IMG/VR virus record: IMGVR_UViG_3300028666_000001
Location: 64,001-128,000 of that record
DNA: 64,000 bases
Direction: 5' to 3' (one strand)
From: a virus
Lineage: Duplodnaviria > Heunggongvirae > Uroviricota > Caudoviricetes
The stretch's first letter is position 1. Every line of letters begins with the position of its first letter. Under the pieces are notes generated by a model, which saw only the letters and a program-made list of their open reading frames with translations, made no database searches and was not told where the DNA came from. Positions 46,701 through 53,843 of this stretch are shown one piece after another. The translations under genes were made by a program, and so were the position numbers.

Positions 46701-48168
46701 TGGTAATTTTAATAATAATCAGATTCATAATGTCGCTGATCCAACAGCACCTCAAGATGCAGCTACTAAGAACTATGTAGATACACATCCAACAACCCCA
46801 GCTGGTTCTAATACTCAGATCCAATATAATAATGGTGGAGCTTTCGGTGCAAGTCCAAATTTGACTTTTATTAATAATGAAGAGCTTGCTGTATTTGGTG
46901 CAGCAGCACAGGCTAATATCTCTATTAATAATGATACCGCTGGACATCTCTATTTTAATAATTCAAATCAATCTGTTACATATGCTTTAATTCAAGGCAA
47001 TTCATCTGGACTTTTACTACAGGTTAATGGTGAAAGTTGGTTATTTGATCCTAGTGGAAATTTAACAGTTGCAGGATTAATCGAGAATGTAACAGATCCA
47101 GTTAATCCACAAGACGCTGCTACAAAAGCATATGTAGATGCTGCTGTATCCTCTGAAGACTTCTGGGATAGAACAGGTACAGTACTTACGACCCATTTCC
47201 CCAATGATTCAGTTTCCCTTGATGGTAATTTAACTCTTGGGGCTGATGTTCAGACAGGACCAAATCTATTATTAACTACAGTAGATCAGAATACGAATTT
47301 AACGGGTGGAAGTCTTACACTCTCAACTGGTAATATAAGTGGTGGAAGCAATCTTACAAATACTGGTGGAAGTCTTTTACTTACCTCTGGTTCAAATAGC
47401 TCAAGTGGTGGAAGTACCGTTGGTGGTGGTATTACCTTAACAGCTGGGGCTGATTCTGGCAACAGTTCAACAGGTGGAAGCATCTTACTTACATCAAGTA
47501 GTGCTCCTGCAAATGCTACTGGTGGTAGTATCACATTAACATCAGGAAACGGTACAATTGGTGGAAATGCCAATGGTGGAAGTCTTACTCTTACATCAGG
47601 AAATGGAGCATTTGGTGGTCAGGTAACAGGTGGAAGCATCTTACTTACATCGGGGGATCAACCTTTTGGTAATGGTACATCTCCCTCCGTTCATGGTGGA
47701 AGTATAACACTAACAACAGGCAATCCAAACGCAAATGAGTGTATTGGTGGAGATATTACTTTAACTGCTTTCCATCCTGGTAAGGGTGGTAATCTTACTC
47801 TAACAGGAACTGGCCCCTCTAATGGTCTAGTTACAGCCAACAAAGCAGTTCTTACTGCTATTCAAATCACAACAGCTCCTACAGCTGGAGATGTCCTTAC
47901 TTCTGATGCAAGTGGTAATGGAACATGGGCTCCCTCTTTTGGACCTGCTAACTTTGTTACTCGTGAAGTTCCATCTGGAGCAATCGATGGTGTGAATGCT
48001 GTCTTTACATTAGCTTTTACACCAGGGGTCGGGACTGAGTGTGTATTCTTAAATGGTCTGCTTCAGAATGTTGGTGGTGGTAATGACTACACAATCTCTG
48101 GGGCTATAATTACCTTTAATGCTGCTCCTACAATTGGTAGCGTTATCTTGGTTAATTATCAGAAGTAA
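43795..48168 (+). CDS. Long tail fibre/adhesin
   Basis: TDSTHLVV repeats, four DP..PQDAATK.YVD motifs, GG.I.LT.G repeats and C-terminal REVPSG..DG.N.VF.L. Confidence 0.8.
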   Translation: MPLNFAHINGNEQIFPGSIGTALLADGSVTAAKLASGAIPSSGLIINSPLDFNNFPVSNFRIENLAFNPLPGEAGRLIWNTTLNDLFVDAETLITISAIANASFYVLSVTDSTHLVVSSTTGILAGEAIFQGPNVFPISPITTVSSIPNSTHLVVANTAGFIGQGIASVDFGIISITPGAPGTLFVTNTAGMSAGDVITQGLTVTSIVSVTDSTHLVVANTAGLVVSAPPAVASIPFNIDAVTDSTHLVVSSTLGMGPGVVLTQGLNSTTIVSVTDSTHLVVTPMTGWASNATFDHTITVSDTTGLVQGAYLIQGAIKSIVTDVVDMTHLIVASNTGFTVGAAQFGSFLPILEGAAVTSLTGTANEVLVNGTVGLPITGPVTLTTPQPIGPTNSPTFAGLTLTAGPLTVTGTSSLNGQVDVHNNKIINLTDPTVPQDAATKAYVDASVSVENTWDRDLINGYLYPHNIGDKVGIGTTTPDAELEVNGTGHFTNDVTVDTILHVTEIDSTGDLLLRPQAAGVVAIEGSSIESQLRFDFSGTDELYVGYEQPDNVSRLFSRNPLWIVTNFAGTPQTWTFDNSGVLTLPKGSVLSEQSIGYWIFGGNGSGNAQLNSNPGDDLSLQAAVGAGGAALVLRATGDVLLLPSAPSNVVDASTHNIVNVVDPVNPQDAATKNYVDGGSHTVAGSNTDVQFNNNGVFGADPNFTWVTGQGIHLLNSDAIYLEAGATVLEIASIPGFSIINGTDALRLVSNSNVTPQTWLFDTTGVLTTPSTVVIGPTNTDYLKLVTAPASAVVPDLIFQADAGGEIAWTDSTESTTYGEIQQLVNDNLHLIQLQAGQGIKLSTPSYNWLFSDVDGSFTTGGPVAIHNVPNTSGHGDLTFYNDSPAETTIESRSSDGSTVFGNLLLSAGGFELQSNGNIGGGSISVNTSGSIQTWNFNLDGSFNSPVSLSVGYGNGVVAPIATLDVNGTGNFNNNQIHNVADPTAPQDAATKNYVDTHPTTPAGSNTQIQYNNGGAFGASPNLTFINNEELAVFGAAAQANISINNDTAGHLYFNNSNQSVTYALIQGNSSGLLLQVNGESWLFDPSGNLTVAGLIENVTDPVNPQDAATKAYVDAAVSSEDFWDRTGTVLTTHFPNDSVSLDGNLTLGADVQTGPNLLLTTVDQNTNLTGGSLTLSTGNISGGSNLTNTGGSLLLTSGSNSSSGGSTVGGGITLTAGADSGNSSTGGSILLTSSSAPANATGGSITLTSGNGTIGGNANGGSLTLTSGNGAFGGQVTGGSILLTSGDQPFGNGTSPSVHGGSITLTTGNPNANECIGGDITLTAFHPGKGGNLTLTGTGPSNGLVTANKAVLTAIQITTAPTAGDVLTSDASGNGTWAPSFGPANFVTREVPSGAIDGVNAVFTLAFTPGVGTECVFLNGLLQNVGGGNDYTISGAIITFNAAPTIGSVILVNYQK

Positions 48169-48187
48169 ATAACAATATATTTAGTAG

Positions 48188-48216
48188 TTGCAGAGAAATA
48201 AGACATGTGGTATACT
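48188..48216 (+). promoter_or_regulatory. sigma70-type promoter TTGCAG-N17-TATACT with extended -10 TG
   Basis: Upstream of the small ORF at 48266. Confidence 0.65.
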
Positions 48217-48265
48217 TAAAAATGAGAGATCATCTCAAGATACTAATTAATAGGAGAGAAAAGCC

Positions 48266-48499
48266 ATGAGTGACAATGAACAGAAAGCCGTTGATGCAAC
48301 AGTTGTAGAGATTCCAGTTGTAAATCCAGGTGTTGATGCCGCTAATTTACAAAAAGCTAACTTTACTGCACAGCTTGAACAAGTGAAGAAAGAAATGCTT
48401 CGTCATCAGCAGGAATTTGAAGGGCTAAAAATTCGAGGGACGAAACTCGAAGGGGCTCTTGAAAGTCTAGAAATTTTAATTAAAAGCCTGTCTAAGTAA
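48266..48499 (+). CDS. Small coiled-coil protein
   Basis: RBS AGGAG; heptad pattern; has its own promoter and a downstream hairpin. Confidence 0.65.
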   Translation: MSDNEQKAVDATVVEIPVVNPGVDAANLQKANFTAQLEQVKKEMLRHQQEFEGLKIRGTKLEGALESLEILIKSLSK

Positions 48500-48523
48500 T
48501 TTCAAAAAATCTTACCTAAACGT

Positions 48524-48554
48524 GCAGTAGGACCTCCTAATAGGGAGGTTCTGC
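48524..48554 (+). terminator. Hairpin after the 48266 gene, possible terminator
   Basis: GCAG..GGACCTCC-loop-GGAGGTTCTGC. Confidence 0.5.
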
Positions 48555-48582
48555 TGTTATGTTTAAAAATCGGAGTAACCCA

Positions 48583-51432
48583 ATGGGCACAACAGAAATT
48601 AATTTAACTACACAAGCAATGGATGGTACACTTACGCCTTCAAAGCTAAGTACTAATCCTGCTGATAATTTCGCATTTCCTGGAGATGTATCCGTTGCTG
48701 GTACTTTGACATCAATTGGGACAATTAGTAGTGCATCCCCATTGTCTATTTCAACTCTTGCTCTTACAACTAATTTTATTGCACAATATATAGTTCCTAC
48801 TGGTGGATCTTCTCCTACAGGTATTTGTTCAGGACCTGATGGTAATTTATGGTTTACAGAACAGGGTGCGCCTTCAACAGGTAAAATTGGTGTAGTAACT
48901 CCTTTAGGAGTTTTTACAGCAGAATATCCTACTGTTGGTAATGCACAATATCCTTTTGCAATTTGTTCAGGACCTGATGGTAATTTATGGTTTATAGGTT
49001 CATCGAATTCCGTTAGTAAGATAACCACTGCTGGAGTTGTTACCTCCTATCCCATCCCATCTGATGGAGGTTTCCAGTATTATCTAGGAATTTGTGCAGG
49101 TCCAGATGGAAATGTGTGGTTTACAGAGTATAATCAACAGATTATTGCCAAAGTTACTCCTGCTGGAGTTGTTACTGAGTATCCAATTCCTTTTGGTGTT
49201 AATCCTGTGAGTATTTGTTTAGGCCCAGATGGAAACCTTTGGTTTGCTGGTTCTAATGGAGCTTTTCTTGGTACTGTTACTCCTTCTGGAAGTTTTACAT
49301 CTTATCCTATTCCTCTTTATTCAAATAGTGGACCTGGACCAAATTCAATTTGTGTTGGATCTGATAATAACTTATGGTGGGTTGATACGGGTGGTAGTCG
49401 TATAAATAAAAGTACTACTTCAGGTATCATAACCCAATATACTTCTCCTAATCCTATTTATAGTATTTGTACTGGTCCTGATAGTAATTTATGGGGTACA
49501 GAAGGTCCTACGAATAAAATTATTGTAATTAATACTTCTGGTATCTCTATTAATCAGTATTTTGTTCCAACATTAAGTAGTCAACCATTTGGGATATGTC
49601 TTGGCCCTGATAATAATATTTGGATTACAGAGCAGAATGCAAATCAGATTGGTGTTATAAATACTACATCAAATGCTATAAGCATACTCACTCCTCCATT
49701 AACTGCCCCTTATTCTTTAACTTTTCCTGCAACTCCAGGACCTGGAGCATTAACAAATGATGGCTCTGGTAATTTAAGTTGGGTATCGCTAGTTGCTGGA
49801 GCTAATATTACTATTACTCCTTCTGGAAATACACTTACAATTGCTTCAATAAGTATTCCTACAACTCCAGCAGGTTCTAATGGAGATGTTCAATTTAATA
49901 ACTCTGGTGCTTTTGGTGGTACGGATAATTTCATTTGGAATAATTCAAGTGATCAACTTACTATAAATGGTGATCCTACTACCAGTGGTTCAGGGACTAT
50001 TACATTAACAAAACCAGATATTTATCCTAGTATAGGAGATTCACTTGGTGGTGGGATTACTTTAACTGCTGGACAAGTTGTTAATAGTAATTCTGAGGGT
50101 GGTAATGTTACCTTAACTGGAGGAACACACCAGGGTAATGCTACTGGTCATAGTAAGGGTGGAGATATTATTCTTACTTCTGGTTTTTCTTTAACTAAGG
50201 CAGCTATAGGTGGAAATATCCTTATGACTTCTGGCGGTACAGTCGCTGGTAGTGCTACAGGTGGAAATATTACTTTAACTGATGGGTATAATGGACTACG
50301 TGGTGGTAATATCTTCATGTCAGGATCTAACCCAGGTTTTGGACAAATAGGTGTTGGAACATTAACACCTGATGCAAGTGCTTCAGTTGATATCACCTCA
50401 ATAAGTCGTGGATTTTTACCTCCAAGAATGACAGCAGCTCAAAGAGATGCTATTACATCTCCAGCTGAAGGCTTACTTGTATACGTTACAGATTTATTTC
50501 AATTATGGGAATACCAAAATGGAGCATGGGCAGAAATAGGTGGTGGTTTACCTTTTGGTGCTAATACACAATTACAGTTTAATAACTCTGGAGTATTTGG
50601 TGCTTCTCCCAATCTTACATGGGATGGTACAACATTAGCAGCAAGTAATGTAACTCTTACTGGTGCTCTTAATTCAGACCTTATCACAGGAGCAACTGGT
50701 GACATGGTAATTAGGGCATTTGCTGACAGTTCAACAGCTATTTCGATAGAAAAGACGAATGGTTCACCTTTAATAGTATTTAATACTAATACAAATCCAG
50801 CAAGAATTCAAACATTAGGTGTTCTTCAGGTAGAAGCAGGAATTGATGTTACCTTTAATAATACAATAGCATTTGATTCAAATACTGGTTTTACAGTCAG
50901 TCTTGAGGCTCCAACAGGAATTGCTACTGATTATACGCTTAAATTTCCAGTTAGTCAGGGTGCAGCAAATACATTCCTCCAGAATGATGGTAGTGGTAAT
51001 TTAAGTTGGGCAGCTATCAGTAATCCAAGTTTTACTCCTACAGTGTTAGCCTCTTTTGGTGGAAGTCCTTTCACTACAAGCAGTACATTTAGTGATACAT
51101 CTATTGTTCAGTCTTTTACAATGGCTGATCCAACACATCGTGTAAAAGTAACTGTATCAGCTGATGGCTATACTGTTAATCCAGCGAATGCTATCCAAGG
51201 AACTATCGCCATGGATGGAGTAAACACTAGTGGCAATATACTTGCAAATTGGTCACATACTAATGATGTGGGACAGGGCGCACTTCAAGGCACAATATTC
51301 ATGACATATATTTTTACTCCTGGTGATGCTTCACCACATATTTATTCAGCACAATATGCAAGTGGAGACAACGCTAGTCAAGTTGTGTTCCCCAACGTTT
51401 ATGGTCAGATAATTATAGAAGAGATTATATAA
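48583..51432 (+). CDS. Fibre protein with a Vgb/NHL-type beta-propeller
   Basis: Seven repeats of IC.GPDGN(L/V)WF/W; then QFNN.G.FG fibre motifs and LPPRMT.AQR.AI.SPAEGLLVY. Probable start 48583 after GGAG. Confidence 0.8.
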   Translation: MGTTEINLTTQAMDGTLTPSKLSTNPADNFAFPGDVSVAGTLTSIGTISSASPLSISTLALTTNFIAQYIVPTGGSSPTGICSGPDGNLWFTEQGAPSTGKIGVVTPLGVFTAEYPTVGNAQYPFAICSGPDGNLWFIGSSNSVSKITTAGVVTSYPIPSDGGFQYYLGICAGPDGNVWFTEYNQQIIAKVTPAGVVTEYPIPFGVNPVSICLGPDGNLWFAGSNGAFLGTVTPSGSFTSYPIPLYSNSGPGPNSICVGSDNNLWWVDTGGSRINKSTTSGIITQYTSPNPIYSICTGPDSNLWGTEGPTNKIIVINTSGISINQYFVPTLSSQPFGICLGPDNNIWITEQNANQIGVINTTSNAISILTPPLTAPYSLTFPATPGPGALTNDGSGNLSWVSLVAGANITITPSGNTLTIASISIPTTPAGSNGDVQFNNSGAFGGTDNFIWNNSSDQLTINGDPTTSGSGTITLTKPDIYPSIGDSLGGGITLTAGQVVNSNSEGGNVTLTGGTHQGNATGHSKGGDIILTSGFSLTKAAIGGNILMTSGGTVAGSATGGNITLTDGYNGLRGGNIFMSGSNPGFGQIGVGTLTPDASASVDITSISRGFLPPRMTAAQRDAITSPAEGLLVYVTDLFQLWEYQNGAWAEIGGGLPFGANTQLQFNNSGVFGASPNLTWDGTTLAASNVTLTGALNSDLITGATGDMVIRAFADSSTAISIEKTNGSPLIVFNTNTNPARIQTLGVLQVEAGIDVTFNNTIAFDSNTGFTVSLEAPTGIATDYTLKFPVSQGAANTFLQNDGSGNLSWAAISNPSFTPTVLASFGGSPFTTSSTFSDTSIVQSFTMADPTHRVKVTVSADGYTVNPANAIQGTIAMDGVNTSGNILANWSHTNDVGQGALQGTIFMTYIFTPGDASPHIYSAQYASGDNASQVVFPNVYGQIIIEEII

Positions 51433-51443
51433 GAGGATAAAAT

Positions 51444-51953
51444 ATGGGCAATCTTTATACCGTTGATGGGGTAACAGGTAACATTGTAACAGCAGGATCA
51501 ATTTCTGCTACTGGTGGAATTGTTGGTACAGCAACTAACGATAATGCTGCAGCTGGAAATGTTGGGGAATATATTGAATCTGTTGTAACTTCAGCATTCT
51601 CATTTGCAGCTTCGAATACTTGGTCAGATATGACTAGTATATCTCTTACAGCAGGAGATTGGGATGTTACATTTATGGCTGTTTCAGAAGCAAATGTTAG
51701 TACTTGGTCAGCAGTAGTTATCGGGATTAGTCCTAATTCAGGTAATAGTTCATCTGGTTTAGCAACAGGAAATAATAAATTAGTTGAACAATTTGCTTCT
51801 TCAAGTACAACTCCTTTAGCATTAAGTTGTTCTATCCCAAATTATAGAGTTTCATTAGCTAGTACAACAACCTACTATGCAAAAATTTTATCTGTCTATA
51901 GTGCTGGAACACCAGCTATATCTGGCAGACTTGTAGCTCGTAGAGTAAGATAA
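51444..51953 (+). CDS. Small fibre-tip/virion protein
   Basis: GTATNDNAAAGNVGEY...SISLTAGDWDV motif typical of phage fibre C-termini. Confidence 0.7.
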   Translation: MGNLYTVDGVTGNIVTAGSISATGGIVGTATNDNAAAGNVGEYIESVVTSAFSFAASNTWSDMTSISLTAGDWDVTFMAVSEANVSTWSAVVIGISPNSGNSSSGLATGNNKLVEQFASSSTTPLALSCSIPNYRVSLASTTTYYAKILSVYSAGTPAISGRLVARRVR

Positions 51954-51971
51954 CAAAATGGAGTTAAGATA

Positions 51972-52535
51972 ATGGGTGATTCATTCCAAATTTTGCCAGA
52001 TCAATCACAGTTCGGGCCTGATAGCCTTGAGTGGTACTTCCTTTCTATTCGAGAGAAAGATAAATGGATCTTGAATATGAGTGGTGAACGAGTACTACTT
52101 TATAAAAGACGCTATGAAGGTCAACGTTGCCCAAAATTTGATCCTATTCGTCATACCAATGCTCAACATGAAGATGAAATCTGTTATGGTACAGGATGGA
52201 TTGCTTCTGATGCTAATTTAACTGGTGATAATATTGGTGGACCTTACTATGGATATTTTCAACCTATTGAAATAGTTGTAAGTTTGCTTTCAAGTGGGCC
52301 AACTGATTTAGCTCTTACTGATTATGGTCAGCAACGAATTTATAAACCTCATTCTTGGACAGCCCATGAGCCTTTATTGACTCCTGGAGATTTAATTGTT
52401 CGAAGAAACAATGAGAGATTTTTTATTACTGAAGTCTTTCCTCGTCGATGGAAGCATTATGTTACACATCAGGATTTCGAGATGGCTGAAGTAGAACGTG
52501 GATCAATAGTATACAAACTCGCTAGTGGACTCTAA
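51972..52535 (+). CDS. Head-closure/neck protein
   Basis: GERVLLYKR...CP...C.GTGW...W...EPLL.PGD.IV...RF pattern; located before the tail terminator and sheath genes. Confidence 0.65.
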   Translation: MGDSFQILPDQSQFGPDSLEWYFLSIREKDKWILNMSGERVLLYKRRYEGQRCPKFDPIRHTNAQHEDEICYGTGWIASDANLTGDNIGGPYYGYFQPIEIVVSLLSSGPTDLALTDYGQQRIYKPHSWTAHEPLLTPGDLIVRRNNERFFITEVFPRRWKHYVTHQDFEMAEVERGSIVYKLASGL

Positions 52536-52537
52536 TC

Positions 52538-53695
52538 ATGGCAAACTCTAATCCATATTTAATTCTTACAAGAGTAAGAAATGCTGTTATTACTGAGCTA
52601 AGGGATATCTTTGCTCCTCAAAATAATTTAGCTGTAGTGCCTCCATTTGAATATAATTATATTGAAACCGCTTCTGCAGCTACTCTTCAATTTTATGGAA
52701 ATCCTCTTACCAATGATACTATTACCATAGGCGTAAATGTAATTACCTTTGGTGTAGATGTTGTGATTGGATTAACGCAGCAGATTACTTTAGCAAATTT
52801 GGTCGCATATATTAATGCTCATAATATTACACTTTTGGTCGCAGCTACAACAAACTCAATTCCAAATGTCCTAAAAATTACTGCTACAACTCCTGGGATC
52901 GCAGGAAACTCTATTCTTTTAGGAACCACTTCAAAGGTTTTAAAATTCTCATCTCCTGCTCTACGTGAGGGTGGTCTTTGGGATCATGATAACTCTGAGA
53001 TTTTTATTGGGGATGCTGTTCCACAAGATTATCAGGATTGGCCTATGATCATTGTAGATACGGCTAGTGCCAGCGAGACTCGTTATCTTGGGCCTGAAGA
53101 TAGCTTTGAAACTAAGAATGCTTCAAACGTGGTTATCACAGATGAGATCTTTTCAAGCCTAGTAGTTAACATTAATATCAAAGTATACGTTATTGATGAT
53201 ACCTTAGCTAGGGATAAGATTATTGATTTGATTTATAATAATATGTCCGAAATTAGGCATCAGTTGGCTGTAAATGGTATAGAGATGATTGATCGTACTA
53301 TGCCTACTGAGACTAGGATCGCCCAGAACCAACGAATCTATATTGAGAGCCACTTTATTTTAAGAGTATATTGCGAATGGTCTGATAACCTGGAGATTAC
53401 AAATATTTCCAGCCTCAATATTACAATTCCCCTTACAGGTCCTATTCCAGTTATAAATAGTCCTTTATTTTATAATTGGTCTACAGTTGGTGGAATCCCC
53501 TTTAGCTATCAAATAACGGCTATAAATAGCCCTACATCCTATTCAGCTACTGGATTGCCTTCTGGAGTCTCCCTAGATGTCTCTAATGGCCTTATAGATG
53601 GTACACCAACTGTCCCTGGCACATATGATGTTATTTTAGGCGCAACCAATGCTAATGGCACAGGTACTTTACCCCTTTCTTTGACTGTTTCTTAA
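52538..53695 (+). CDS. Tail terminator/completion protein with inserted beta domain and C-terminal He_PIG-like domain
   Basis: Core WPMIIVD...INIKVY..DDTL.RD.I.D; insert TITIG...LVAYIN...ITATTPG.AGNSI; C-terminal FSYQITAINSPTSYSATGLPSG. Confidence 0.6.
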   Translation: MANSNPYLILTRVRNAVITELRDIFAPQNNLAVVPPFEYNYIETASAATLQFYGNPLTNDTITIGVNVITFGVDVVIGLTQQITLANLVAYINAHNITLLVAATTNSIPNVLKITATTPGIAGNSILLGTTSKVLKFSSPALREGGLWDHDNSEIFIGDAVPQDYQDWPMIIVDTASASETRYLGPEDSFETKNASNVVITDEIFSSLVVNINIKVYVIDDTLARDKIIDLIYNNMSEIRHQLAVNGIEMIDRTMPTETRIAQNQRIYIESHFILRVYCEWSDNLEITNISSLNITIPLTGPIPVINSPLFYNWSTVGGIPFSYQITAINSPTSYSATGLPSGVSLDVSNGLIDGTPTVPGTYDVILGATNANGTGTLPLSLTVS

Positions 53696-53704
53696 GGTAG
53701 TAGA

Positions 53705-53766
53705 TAACAATAAAAATAGTTCAAAAAGTATAATATTTCCGTGTTAATATAGGAGCACTACGTTCA
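53705..53766 (+). promoter_or_regulatory. Conserved late-gene upstream element, copy 3
   Basis: 30-bp core at 53726-53755 identical to copies 1 and 2; upstream of the tail sheath gene. Confidence 0.75.
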
Positions 53767-53843
53767 AGACGCAGGATAATGTTGTTTACTCTCAATTTTT
53801 TGTATCTAAATCGATTTAAAATCTTTGTTAAGGAGATTCACCA

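Noticed and set aside
37244-51953. Diversity-generating retroelement acting on fibre genes
   Set aside because: No reverse transcriptase in the window and no template/variable repeat pair differing only at adenines; the shared 44-bp block is fully identical.
9888-53755. Identical 30-bp repeats as a CRISPR array
   Set aside because: Only three copies, 13-30 kb apart, with no repeat-spacer periodicity and no cas genes.
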